Under the pieces are notes generated by a model. It did not search any database and had not been told where the DNA came from. It saw only the letters and a program-made list of their open reading frames with translations. DNA of 45,514 bases from Minisyncoccota bacterium (GTDB lineage Bacteria > Patescibacteriota > Minisyncoccia > Phycocordibacterales > UBA9973), in assembly GCA_043746875.1 (NCBI GenBank), contig JAYTQE010000033.1:1-45514 (forward strand), read 5' to 3'. Both the position numbers and the translations under genes were made by a program. Numbering within the stretch: the first letter of the stretch is position 1; every line of letters starts with the position of its first letter. Below are positions 1 to 8,961 of this stretch, in pieces.

Positions 1-834
1 CCAGAATCTTCTGGAAAAACAACCCTTGCTCTACACGTAGTGTCTGAAGCTCAAAAACTTGGAGGTATTTGTGCTTATATAGACGCCGAACATGCAATGG
101 ATCCAGAATATGCAAAAAATATTGGCGTAAAAATACAAGAACTATTGATATCTCAACCTGATACAGGAGAACAGGGCCTTGAGATATGTGAATCCCTTGT
201 TAGGAGTGGGAAAATAGACGTCATTGTTATAGATTCTGTTGCAGCTCTTACTCCAAAAGATGAAATTGAAGGAGATATGGGTCAACAACATATGGGCAAA
301 CAAGCTCGATTGATGTCTCAAGCACTTCGCAAATTAACAGCTATTGTTCACAAATCTAAGACAATAGTAATTTTTATAAATCAGATTCGTATGCAGATTG
401 GTGTTATGTTTGGTAATCCAGAAACAACACCAGGAGGAAAAGCTTTGAAGTTTTATACTTCTATACGTTTAGATATTCGTCGTATTGCTCAAATAAAAAA
501 AGGAGAAGAAGTTGTTGGATCTCGAACCCGTGTAAAAGTAGTAAAAAACAAAGTTGCATCCCCTTTCAAACAAACGGAGTTTGATATTATATATGGTGAA
601 GGAATATCACTTGAAGGAGAATTACTTGCTCTTGGAGAAAAATTAAGTGTCATCACAAAAAGTGGTACTTCTTATTCTTATTCTCCTGAAGGTAAAGATG
701 AGATTAAACTTGGCCGAGGATATGATGCTAGTCGTATATTTATGAGAGAAAATACAAAAATTCGTGACCAAATAATGAAAGAAGTTCGCAAGAAAATGAA
801 GGAAGTCGTAATGGAGAGTTCAAGCGAAGAGTAA
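1..834 (+). CDS. recA: Recombinase RecA (5' end lies outside window)
   Basis: Frame 1 is open from nt 1 ([12 protein letters not shown], Walker A) and runs into the 40..834 ORF. RecA core motifs [17 protein letters not shown] and GGKALKFY are present. Confidence 0.95.
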   Translation, partial: PESSGKTTLALHVVSEAQKLGGICAYIDAEHAMDPEYAKNIGVKIQELLISQPDTGEQGLEICESLVRSGKIDVIVIDSVAALTPKDEIEGDMGQQHMGKQARLMSQALRKLTAIVHKSKTIVIFINQIRMQIGVMFGNPETTPGGKALKFYTSIRLDIRRIAQIKKGEEVVGSRTRVKVVKNKVASPFKQTEFDIIYGEGISLEGELLALGEKLSVITKSGTSYSYSPEGKDEIKLGRGYDASRIFMRENTKIRDQIMKEVRKKMKEVVMESSSEE

Positions 835-967
835 TACTTACTTCAGAAATCTTACAATTTTAATTAAGAACGATATTACTGATAGCTAGGTATTAATTAG
901 ACTTTGCTCTATTTTTCAGTTAAAATCACTTACACTTTCAATTTATAACTTTTAACTTACAAATACT

Positions 968-1555
968 ATGTCAATGCTGGAATACAATGAAATAAAAGAA
1001 GGGAAAATAATCGTATGGGATGGAAATCCTCACGAAGTTTTAAATTCTCACGTCTTTCGTAAACAACAACGCAAACCAGTAAATGCTACAAAATTAAAAA
1101 ATTTGATTACTGGTCGTGTAGCCGAAATATCATTTGGTTCATCTGAAAAAGCCGAAGAAGCTGATATAAGTACTAAGACTGTCATGTTTATATACAAAGC
1201 AAAAGGTGAGGTTTGGTTCACCGATCCAAAAGAAAAGAGTCAACGATTTTCTATAAAAGAAGATGTCGCTGGAGACAAAATTAAATGGCTCAAAGAAAAT
1301 AGTGAAGTTGAATTAACAATATTCACAAATGATGAAGATGATGAAGTAATTGTAGGTATAAAAATACCTGTAAAAGTAGAGCTTACTGTAACTGATGCTC
1401 CTCCATCAATTAAAGGGTCAACTGTCACAGGTGGTAATAAAGTTGCAACAGTCGAAACAGGAGCTACCGTTAATGTTCCTCTATTTATAGAAATTGGCGA
1501 GAAAATTCGAATCAATACTGGCACTGGAGAATATGTCGAAAGAGCAAATAACTAA
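968..1555 (+). CDS. efp: Translation elongation factor P
   Basis: 195 aa. By eye it is colinear with EF-P (three OB/KOW-like parts, TKLKNLITG, VPLFIEIGEKIRINTGTGEYVER). The tip loop is atypical (see findings). Confidence 0.9.
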   Translation: MSMLEYNEIKEGKIIVWDGNPHEVLNSHVFRKQQRKPVNATKLKNLITGRVAEISFGSSEKAEEADISTKTVMFIYKAKGEVWFTDPKEKSQRFSIKEDVAGDKIKWLKENSEVELTIFTNDEDDEVIVGIKIPVKVELTVTDAPPSIKGSTVTGGNKVATVETGATVNVPLFIEIGEKIRINTGTGEYVERANN

Positions 1556-1556
1556 C

Positions 1557-1588
1557 AAAAACCCCTAGGTCAGACCTAGGGGTTTTTG
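1557..1588. terminator. Bidirectional intrinsic terminator between efp (+) and rpsR (-)
   Basis: Perfect 9-bp stem cccctaggt/acctagggg with a 3-nt loop, flanked by an A-run on the left and a T-run on the right. Confidence 0.8.
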
Positions 1589-1596
1589 TATTCTTA

Positions 1597-1800
1597 TTAG
1601 TTTGCTACGAAAGGCATTAATCCCATAAAACGAGAACGTTTTATGGCTTCTGCAGTTAAGCGTTGATTCTTAGCAGATAGTGCTGTTCTTTTGCGAGATA
1701 AAATTCTTCCGTTTGGGTTAACAAATTTCTTCAAATTTTCGACATCTTTATAGTCTACAAAATGAATATTATTTGCATTGTAAAAATCGTTTTTATTCAT
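1597..1800 (-). CDS. rpsR: 30S ribosomal protein S18
   Basis: 67 aa with RILSRKRTALSAKNQRLTAEAIKRSRFMGLMPF. Sits in an rpsF-ssb-rpsR arrangement. Confidence 0.93.
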   Translation of the reverse strand: MNKNDFYNANNIHFVDYKDVENLKKFVNPNGRILSRKRTALSAKNQRLTAEAIKRSRFMGLMPFVAN

Positions 1801-1805
1801 AAATT

Positions 1806-2261
1806 TTAAAATGGTATGTCTTCAAGATTAATTTCTTCTTCTGGATATTCGACTGTATCAAGATCTACTTTTGAATTATTTTGTGATGATTCTGCGTCAC
1901 TTACACTCGTTGTATTGCTAATACCACTTGAAGTTGATTTTGGACCAAATTGAAAATTCTCCAAAACAATTTCTGTTCGATATTTTTTTATACCATCAGA
2001 ACCGTCCCATGATCGAGTTTGGAGTCTACCTTCTATATAAAGAGATGATCCTTTGTGACAATACTGAGCTATAACCTCTGCTTGTCTAGCAAAAGCTACA
2101 ACATTGTGATACTCTACGTTTTCTTTTTTTGCACCTGTTGTGTCTTTCCATGAACGGTTTGTTGCAAGAGAAATACTTGCCACCTTTGTACCTGTTGGAA
2201 GAGACTTAAGTTCTGGATCACGTGTAAGATTTCCAAGAATTATTACTTTGTTTAGATACAT
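1806..2261 (-). CDS. ssb: Single-stranded DNA-binding protein
   Basis: OB-fold N-terminus (NKVIILGNLTRDPEL), a Ser-rich linker and an acidic C-terminal tip ending in DIPF. Confidence 0.93.
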   Translation of the reverse strand: MYLNKVIILGNLTRDPELKSLPTGTKVASISLATNRSWKDTTGAKKENVEYHNVVAFARQAEVIAQYCHKGSSLYIEGRLQTRSWDGSDGIKKYRTEIVLENFQFGPKSTSSGISNTTSVSDAESSQNNSKVDLDTVEYPEEEINLEDIPF

Positions 2262-2284
2262 AATTTTTTAAGTTTAGTGGTAAT

Positions 2285-2782
2285 TTAAGCTTCTTCAACC
2301 TCTGTAGTTTCGACAGCTATGTCTTCTTTTATGTCAGGTAATTCATTTTCTAGTTCATCACTAGATGAATCATCCATGATGATAATTTCACCATCACTAT
2401 CTGATTCACGCACAGCTTCTACTTTTGGTTTCTTAAAGACAATCGTATTTTCCACGCTTGTCTTAATTAGTATATACCTAATTAGTTCTTTGTTGGAATC
2501 TAATATTTTCTTAAGTGATTCAAGACTCTCTGGTGCGGCTTCAAATTTGATAAAACCAAAATAACCTTGTGACCATTTGAACTTCTTACTTCCAATGTTT
2601 TTCTCCATTGTATAAGCAAGATCAATAAATTCAGGAGTTCCTTCTGATATAAAAGTTCCACCAATTTCATCTAATGAAGACTTCAATTTATCTACTTCTT
2701 TTGGGACTTCTACTTCTGGTGTTTGAGGAACGATTATAAAACCGAGCTCATAAACACGCTTTAGTGTTTCTTCTTTTAACAT
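2285..2782 (-). CDS. rpsF: 30S ribosomal protein S6 with an acidic C-terminal extension
   Basis: N-terminus RVYELGFIIVPQ. First gene of the rpsF-ssb-rpsR operon. Confidence 0.88.
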   Translation of the reverse strand: MLKEETLKRVYELGFIIVPQTPEVEVPKEVDKLKSSLDEIGGTFISEGTPEFIDLAYTMEKNIGSKKFKWSQGYFGFIKFEAAPESLESLKKILDSNKELIRYILIKTSVENTIVFKKPKVEAVRESDSDGEIIIMDDSSSDELENELPDIKEDIAVETTEVEEA

Positions 2783-2885
2783 TTTTATACTCTATTTTCT
2801 ATTAATGTGATTTTTATAAAAATCACGGAGCCCGCTTCGGACCTTGTCCCATTTGCACTAAGGCATCACGGGAAACGGGGGCTAC
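2783..2885 (-). promoter_or_regulatory. Putative structured 5' leader of the rpsF operon
   Basis: A ~60-nt GC-rich island (2824..2885) lies in otherwise AT-rich DNA, starting at the predicted TSS. AGCCC/GGGCU and UCCC/GGGA pairings are possible. A perfect 20-nt palindrome (2807..2826) follows. Confidence 0.3.
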
Positions 2886-2891
2886 GAAACT

Positions 2892-2920
2892 ATACTACCT
2901 CAAAAGTATGCTTATGTAAA
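2892..2920 (-). promoter_or_regulatory. Candidate sigma70-type promoter of rpsF-ssb-rpsR
   Basis: On the minus strand, TTTACA (2920..2915), a 17-nt spacer, then TAGTAT (2897..2892). Confidence 0.45.
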
Positions 2921-2923
2921 TAT

Positions 2924-3712
2924 TTATATATTAAATAGTTTTTTAGTATTTCTGATAAGAATATTTTGTGTTTCTTCAAAACTTAAACCTTTTATTTCTG
3001 CAATTTTTTTAACTACCTCTAAGACACATTCTGGTTGATTACGCTTCCCACTATAAGGAGCAGGAGTTGCAAATGGGGCATCCGTCTCTGGTAAAATTCG
3101 ATCCAGTTGAACAAAACTTACAATTTCCTCATAAGCTGGAACAAAAGTAATAACTCCAGAAAATGAAATATAAAAACCAATATCAAGAAATCTTTGAGCA
3201 ATCTCTTTTGTTCCTACAAAAAAATGTGCAGTACCGATCATTTCTGGCCATTTAATTTTATAATCTTCTAGTATATCCAATGCTTGTTCATATGCTGTCA
3301 TAGTTCCCTCCTCTGGTCTTATATGTAACATGAGTGGAAGACTGTACTCATGAGCAATACGAATTTGTTTAAGAAATAGTTCTTTTTGTTCAAAAAATCC
3401 CTTACGATCTTTTTCTCTATAAAAATCAATACCGCACTCACCTATAGCCACAACTCTTGATTCGCCTGCTAATTTACGAAATGAATCTTCATCAAAATCT
3501 TTATTCCATTCTGTGGGGTGTTGACCAATACATGCCCAAATACTTGCATGATCTTGTGCTATTCTCATCGCATAATCACTAGTTACTAGATCTATTCCTA
3601 TACATATAGTTCCAACTGAAGATTTTTCCATAGAATGAATACTCTCAATTAAATCATTTTCGAATTGATGTAGGTTAAAATGTGAGTGAGTGTCAATAAT
3701 TTTTAAGTTCAT
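2924..3712 (-). CDS. tatD: TatD-family metal-dependent hydrolase/DNase
   Basis: IDTHSHFN at the N-terminus, AIGECGIDFY, and the HxH...E...H...D layout of TatD/YcfH proteins. Confidence 0.88.
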   Translation of the reverse strand: MNLKIIDTHSHFNLHQFENDLIESIHSMEKSSVGTICIGIDLVTSDYAMRIAQDHASIWACIGQHPTEWNKDFDEDSFRKLAGESRVVAIGECGIDFYREKDRKGFFEQKELFLKQIRIAHEYSLPLMLHIRPEEGTMTAYEQALDILEDYKIKWPEMIGTAHFFVGTKEIAQRFLDIGFYISFSGVITFVPAYEEIVSFVQLDRILPETDAPFATPAPYSGKRNQPECVLEVVKKIAEIKGLSFEETQNILIRNTKKLFNI

Positions 3713-3759
3713 ATAATTGAAAGTTACAATATTAAAATAATATAGGAATTATTTAATTG

Positions 3760-5196
3760 CTAAAGTCTTACAAATAAAGGATTTTCTGGTTTTTTATTAT
3801 CACGAATTAGATCAATAATAATTTTTGATGTTTCTGGCATAAAAGGACTTAATGCTTCAGCTATAGTATAAAGCTTACCAACATGTCCACTGATCATATC
3901 CCGCCCTGCATCCAAATCTTCTTTTACCACCTTGAAAGGTTGACTTATTTGGATTTCAGAATCAAGTAAACCTATTTCTTCCCAAATAATAGTTATAGCT
4001 TTTTGTAGGTCAAACTTTTCTACAACTTCACAAACTTTATTAAATAATTTTGGATCAGGTAATCCAATCCATGCGTCGCAATACTTTTCAGAAAGAGTCA
4101 TTATTCGAGAAGTTAAGTTACCCAGACCATTTGCAAGGTTTGCATTATAAGAATCTCTAAATCTTTCAAGAGTAAAAGGACTATCTTCAAAAGAAGAAAT
4201 TTCTTTTAATAAAAACATACGTAGAGCATCTGTACCGTATTGCGAAATAATATCACTTGGATCGATTCCATTACCTAGACTTTTTGACATACGAACTCCC
4301 TTATCAGCAGTAATAAAACCGTTAACAACAATTTGATGAGAATTTGAAATACCAGCAGCAATTAACATTGCTTGCCATATAAGAGCTTGAAAACGGGTAT
4401 TGTCTTTGCCGCAATACTGAGTAGGGGTTCCATCTATCCAATATTTATTGAAATTTTCATCTTTATTTGGCCACCCTAGTGTCGATATATAATTTACTAA
4501 AGCATCAAACCAAACATACATAACATGCTTATCATCTCCTGGAACTGGTATTCCCCATGGCATATTATCCTTGAGTCTTGAAATAGAAAAATCGTCAAGA
4601 CCTCTACTTACAAAAGATTTAATTTCATTAAAGCGAAATTCAGGTATAACAAAATCTGAATGTGATGAATAAAAAGAAGTAAGACTATCTTGTAATATAG
4701 AGAGTTTAAAAAAATAATTTTCTTCATCTATTAATTCAATTTTTGAACCTGGGTGAATTGGACATTCACCACCTACAAGTTCTGAGTCAGTTTTAATTTC
4801 TTCACAACCAATGCAATATTTAGCTTTATAGTTTTTTTTATAAATATAACCATTATCATTAACTCTTTTCCAGAATTCTTGGGCTGCTTTTATATGGTTA
4901 TCATCTGTTGTTCGTATAAAATTAATATCTTCTAAAATTCCAAATTGACTAACTTGATCTTTAAAAACTTTGAATCCATTATCTACGTATTCTTGTGGCG
5001 ATAATCCAATATTATTTGCATTATTAAAAATTTTAACTCCGTGCTCATCTGTTCCTGTATTAAAAAAAACATCATTTCCTTGTAAAATTTTTATTCTAGC
5101 CAAAGAGTCGGACCTAATAAATTCTAAAGCGTGACCTATATGAAGAGGCGCATTAACATATGGCAATGTTGTAGTTATATAAAATGATTTAGACAT
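3760..5196 (-). CDS. metG: Methionyl-tRNA synthetase, short form without a C-terminal tRNA-binding domain
   Basis: PYVNAPLHIGH (HIGH) and RMSKSLGN (KMSKS) motifs in a MetRS-type core. 478 aa. Confidence 0.93.
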   Translation of the reverse strand: MSKSFYITTTLPYVNAPLHIGHALEFIRSDSLARIKILQGNDVFFNTGTDEHGVKIFNNANNIGLSPQEYVDNGFKVFKDQVSQFGILEDINFIRTTDDNHIKAAQEFWKRVNDNGYIYKKNYKAKYCIGCEEIKTDSELVGGECPIHPGSKIELIDEENYFFKLSILQDSLTSFYSSHSDFVIPEFRFNEIKSFVSRGLDDFSISRLKDNMPWGIPVPGDDKHVMYVWFDALVNYISTLGWPNKDENFNKYWIDGTPTQYCGKDNTRFQALIWQAMLIAAGISNSHQIVVNGFITADKGVRMSKSLGNGIDPSDIISQYGTDALRMFLLKEISSFEDSPFTLERFRDSYNANLANGLGNLTSRIMTLSEKYCDAWIGLPDPKLFNKVCEVVEKFDLQKAITIIWEEIGLLDSEIQISQPFKVVKEDLDAGRDMISGHVGKLYTIAEALSPFMPETSKIIIDLIRDNKKPENPLFVRL

Positions 5197-5198
5197 AA

Positions 5199-6254
5199 TT
5201 ATTTTTCCTCGATAGTAATAAGTTTATGTTTTTCAATGTCACCTAAATACTCAAGGATAAATACAGCTACAGGCATAGCAACTAATGCTCCCCAAAATCC
5301 AGCTAGTGTAATACCTATAAGAAAAGCTAACATAACAACAAGAGGAGGAATACCCGCAATCCTTCTAGCTACAGCTGGTGCTAGAACATAGTTTTCTATG
5401 TTTTGTATAACAATATACAAAATTAAAACTTTTACACCCAAGACAAAACCTCCATCAATAACAGCAAAGAGTATTGCGGGGATAGCTGCAAATATTATGC
5501 CAAATGGAATTAATTCTGCTATTCCAGTTATTAATCCTATTAAGAATGCATACTTAACACCTAATAATGCTAATACAATAAAAACAACGGTACCCATAAT
5601 TAATCCTAGTATCAATTGACCTTTAAACCATAAACCTATTTTACGTTGAGTCCTAGACCAAAGATCAATTACATATTTTTCATTTTTTGCAGGAGTAAGA
5701 ATTCTTAAAAATGAATCTATTCCTTTTTCTTGTATAGAAAGATAAAAAGACATTACAATTATCAATATAGTATTCAAAAGACCCCCAAAGGTTGAGCCAA
5801 TAACCGATGTTGCCCCTTTTGATAAGAGTGACCCAGCTGTTTTTATATTTGAAAGTATACTTCCATCAGAGGAATATTTACTTATTGTGTCTACAAATTG
5901 AGTAGCTCCATCTATTGATGGTTTACTTATAGCTGTATCAGAAGGTAGGTACTTAAAAAGCAAAGTAAGCATATCTGATAATTCTCTAAATAAAATTGGG
6001 ATAAATGCGTAAAATACACCTAAAATAACAAGGGCAACTACAGTAAATATAATTGGGACAGAAGTTGTTCTACCTATTTTGTATCTAGCAAAAGCGTGAA
6101 CTCCTGCCTCAACAAAAGAAGCTATAACAATTGAAACTAATATTAATAATAGTATATCTCTTATAAGAAAAGCTGAATAAGCAAGAACCAAAAAAAGTAT
6201 AAATCTTATAATACTTCCATTACTTATTTGCAATATACGAGAATCATTGTTCAT
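5199..6254 (-). CDS. AI-2E (PerM/UPF0118) family transporter
   Basis: Polytopic membrane protein of 351 aa with the typical AI-2E layout. Translationally coupled to metG. Confidence 0.8.
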   Translation of the reverse strand: MNNDSRILQISNGSIIRFILFLVLAYSAFLIRDILLLILVSIVIASFVEAGVHAFARYKIGRTTSVPIIFTVVALVILGVFYAFIPILFRELSDMLTLLFKYLPSDTAISKPSIDGATQFVDTISKYSSDGSILSNIKTAGSLLSKGATSVIGSTFGGLLNTILIIVMSFYLSIQEKGIDSFLRILTPAKNEKYVIDLWSRTQRKIGLWFKGQLILGLIMGTVVFIVLALLGVKYAFLIGLITGIAELIPFGIIFAAIPAILFAVIDGGFVLGVKVLILYIVIQNIENYVLAPAVARRIAGIPPLVVMLAFLIGITLAGFWGALVAMPVAVFILEYLGDIEKHKLITIEEK

Positions 6255-6293
6255 AATGATATGTTATCACCCACAGACATTAGGTACAAGTAT

Positions 6294-7565
6294 TTAAAGG
6301 TATAGAGTTTTTTCAATACTTTTTATATCTTTGAAAGGACCGACAATAGCCAAGTTCAGACCTTTGTTTTGAAAAATATCTTTTGCTGCATTTTGAATCT
6401 GAACAGGAGTTATAGATCTAATTTTTTTCTCAAAAAAATCTAAATCTTGTTGTTTTTTACGCAAAATTCCCTGCCCACCATAATACATTGCCCAAGCATC
6501 ACTTGATTCTAATTCCAATTTCATATTACCTATCAAATATTCTTTTGACTTTTCTAGTTCTATATGAGAGATAGCTTCATCTTTAATTTTAGAACATTCT
6601 TTTAAGATTTCTCTTATAATTTCATATATTTTATCTTTTGAAACACCTGCACTAATAGTAAAATCTCCATGATTTATAGATGAATTATTTCCAGCTCTTA
6701 CATAATAAGCAACTCCTAATTCCTCACGAAGCTTCATAAATAAACGCGATGAAAAACCTCCTGATAAAATAATACCTAATAAATCTAAAATATAGTTATC
6801 TTTATGATAAACATTATAACTTCTAAAACCTAAAACTATATGAGCTTGATCTGTATCTTTGTATTTGATAGCTAGTTTTGGTTTTTTTTGATTAATTTTT
6901 GTTTTCTTTTGAGGAATAAATTTTTGTTTTTTTAATTTACCAAAAGAATTTTTAATAAGTTCTAAAATTTCTTCTTCTTTTATTTGACCAGATACGACTA
7001 CCAGTGTTTTATTTGGAATATAGTGGTCTTTATGATATTTGACGAAATCACCTCTTTTCATATTTTTGACATTTTCCTTATTACCTAAAACACTTCTACC
7101 TGAAGGTTGATCTCCAAAAAGTAAACTGGCAAATAAATCATGAACTTGTTTTTGAGGGATATCTTCATACATATTTATCTCTTCAATAATAACTCCTTTT
7201 TCTTTTTCTATTTCATTTTTTGAAAAAGTTGGATTAAGATAAATATCAGAAACAATATCGAGTATTTTATTTAAGTGACGAGGTGAACTTTTTGCGTAAT
7301 ATCCAGTATATTCATTTGATGTAAAAGCATTATATTGACTACCTATACTATCTAGTTCTGATGATATCACCATTGTATTTGGACGTTCTACTGTTCCCTT
7401 AAAACACATATGCTCTAAAAAATGTGATAAACCTGATTGTTTTTTTGATTCATAAAAAGATCCTGTCTCAACAAGCACCAATACTGTGACAGTTAAACTG
7501 TCTTTCATTGGAATGGTTATTAATCGTAAACCATTTGAAAAGTTTTTTAAATTTGATTTGACCAT
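6294..7565 (-). CDS. M16-family (pitrilysin/insulinase-like) zinc peptidase
   Basis: Inverted zinc motif HFLEHMCFKGT (HxxEH) near the N-terminus. 423 aa. Confidence 0.85.
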   Translation of the reverse strand: MVKSNLKNFSNGLRLITIPMKDSLTVTVLVLVETGSFYESKKQSGLSHFLEHMCFKGTVERPNTMVISSELDSIGSQYNAFTSNEYTGYYAKSSPRHLNKILDIVSDIYLNPTFSKNEIEKEKGVIIEEINMYEDIPQKQVHDLFASLLFGDQPSGRSVLGNKENVKNMKRGDFVKYHKDHYIPNKTLVVVSGQIKEEEILELIKNSFGKLKKQKFIPQKKTKINQKKPKLAIKYKDTDQAHIVLGFRSYNVYHKDNYILDLLGIILSGGFSSRLFMKLREELGVAYYVRAGNNSSINHGDFTISAGVSKDKIYEIIREILKECSKIKDEAISHIELEKSKEYLIGNMKLELESSDAWAMYYGGQGILRKKQQDLDFFEKKIRSITPVQIQNAAKDIFQNKGLNLAIVGPFKDIKSIEKTLYL

Positions 7566-8956
7566 TACTTCAATCGAAGATTAATAAAATTTTCAAGCTC
7601 TGATATTGCAATACGTTCTTGAGCACCTGTATCACGATGTCTAACAGTAATAGTGTCTAATAATTCTGGATTCTCACCCAATGTGTCAAAATCTACAACT
7701 ACACACCAAGGTGTTCCTATTTCATCTTGCCTTCTATATCTCTTCCCAACATTTCCATTGTCATCAAATTCACACATAAAACTTTTACTTAAATTCAAAT
7801 AAATTTCTTTTGCTTTTGATACAAGATCTAATTTGTTTCGTAGTAGTGGGAATACGGCGACTTTTATTGGAGATAATTTTGGATCTAATTTTAAAACAAT
7901 ACGAGAACCTTCTCCAAGTTCATCTTCTGTGTAAGCATCAGAAAGAACAGCTAACATTACCCTACCTAAGCCCATTGATGTTTCAAGTACCCATGGAATG
8001 TACTTTTCATTAGTAGTTGGGTCTGTATATGAAAGATCAATACCTGAATATTTTGTATGTTGAGACAAATCATAATCTGTACGATCATGAATACCTTCTA
8101 CTTCATCAAATCCATATGTTGGAAAGTTATATTCTATATCCCAAGCATCACTTGCATAAAAAACTAAATTTTCATGTTGTTTCCATTTAAGATTTTCACT
8201 TTTAATACCTAAACTCAAATACCAGTTCCATCTTTCTTCTTTTATTTTTTCATAAGCTTGCTTGTTTTCATTTGGTCTTACAAAAAACTGTGTATCTGCT
8301 TGTTCAAATTCACGAGTTCTAAAAAGAAAATTTCTTGGAGATATTTCATTACGAAAAGCTTTACCTATTTGAGCTACGCCAAAAGGAATTTTGGCGCGCG
8401 TAGTGTCAACAATATTTTTGAAATTCAAATAAATACCCTGACATGCTTCTCCTGGTAGATATACTGGTATTTTATTTTCACCAGTAAAATCACCTAAATT
8501 TGATTTAACAAGTAAATTAAAAGCTTTGACTTCAGTAAAATCATTTGATCCACACTTAGAGCACTTTATATTTATTTTATTTTTATCAAAAAGATTATTG
8601 AGATCTTTTTCTGACATTTTTTCATCTGCAGAGATTCCTATTTTTTCAAGTTCTTTATCTACACGAAGACGAGTGTTACATTTTTTACACTCTGATAAAG
8701 GATCAGAAAAACCACCAATGTGTCCGCTTGCCTCCCATGTACGAGGATCTTTAAAGATTGCAGAATCCAAACCAAAATAATTTTCTCTTATTTGAACATT
8801 TTCTCTCCACCAAGATTTCTTTATATTATTTAGTAATTCAACACCATATGGTCCATAATCATAAATTCCAGACATCCCCCCATAAATCTCAGAACCTGGA
8901 TAAATAAAACCTCTTCTTTTACACAAACTACTTAATTTTTCCATTGAAACATCCAT
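7565..8956 (-). CDS. glyQS: Glycyl-tRNA synthetase (dimeric class II type)
   Basis: RRGFIYPGSEIYGG at the N-terminus, class II motifs (FRNEISPR, GLGRVMLA) and a C-terminal anticodon-binding domain. Confidence 0.93.
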   Translation of the reverse strand: MDVSMEKLSSLCKRRGFIYPGSEIYGGMSGIYDYGPYGVELLNNIKKSWWRENVQIRENYFGLDSAIFKDPRTWEASGHIGGFSDPLSECKKCNTRLRVDKELEKIGISADEKMSEKDLNNLFDKNKINIKCSKCGSNDFTEVKAFNLLVKSNLGDFTGENKIPVYLPGEACQGIYLNFKNIVDTTRAKIPFGVAQIGKAFRNEISPRNFLFRTREFEQADTQFFVRPNENKQAYEKIKEERWNWYLSLGIKSENLKWKQHENLVFYASDAWDIEYNFPTYGFDEVEGIHDRTDYDLSQHTKYSGIDLSYTDPTTNEKYIPWVLETSMGLGRVMLAVLSDAYTEDELGEGSRIVLKLDPKLSPIKVAVFPLLRNKLDLVSKAKEIYLNLSKSFMCEFDDNGNVGKRYRRQDEIGTPWCVVVDFDTLGENPELLDTITVRHRDTGAQERIAISELENFINLRLK

Positions 8957-8961
8957 GTTTT

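Noticed and set aside
2824-2885. The GC-rich block upstream of rpsF considered as the small SRP (4.5S) RNA.
   Set aside because: It lacks the universally conserved domain IV elements (GGAA/GNRA tetraloop flanked by the AGG...AGCA loops). Its position at the predicted 5' end of the rpsF mRNA favours a leader.
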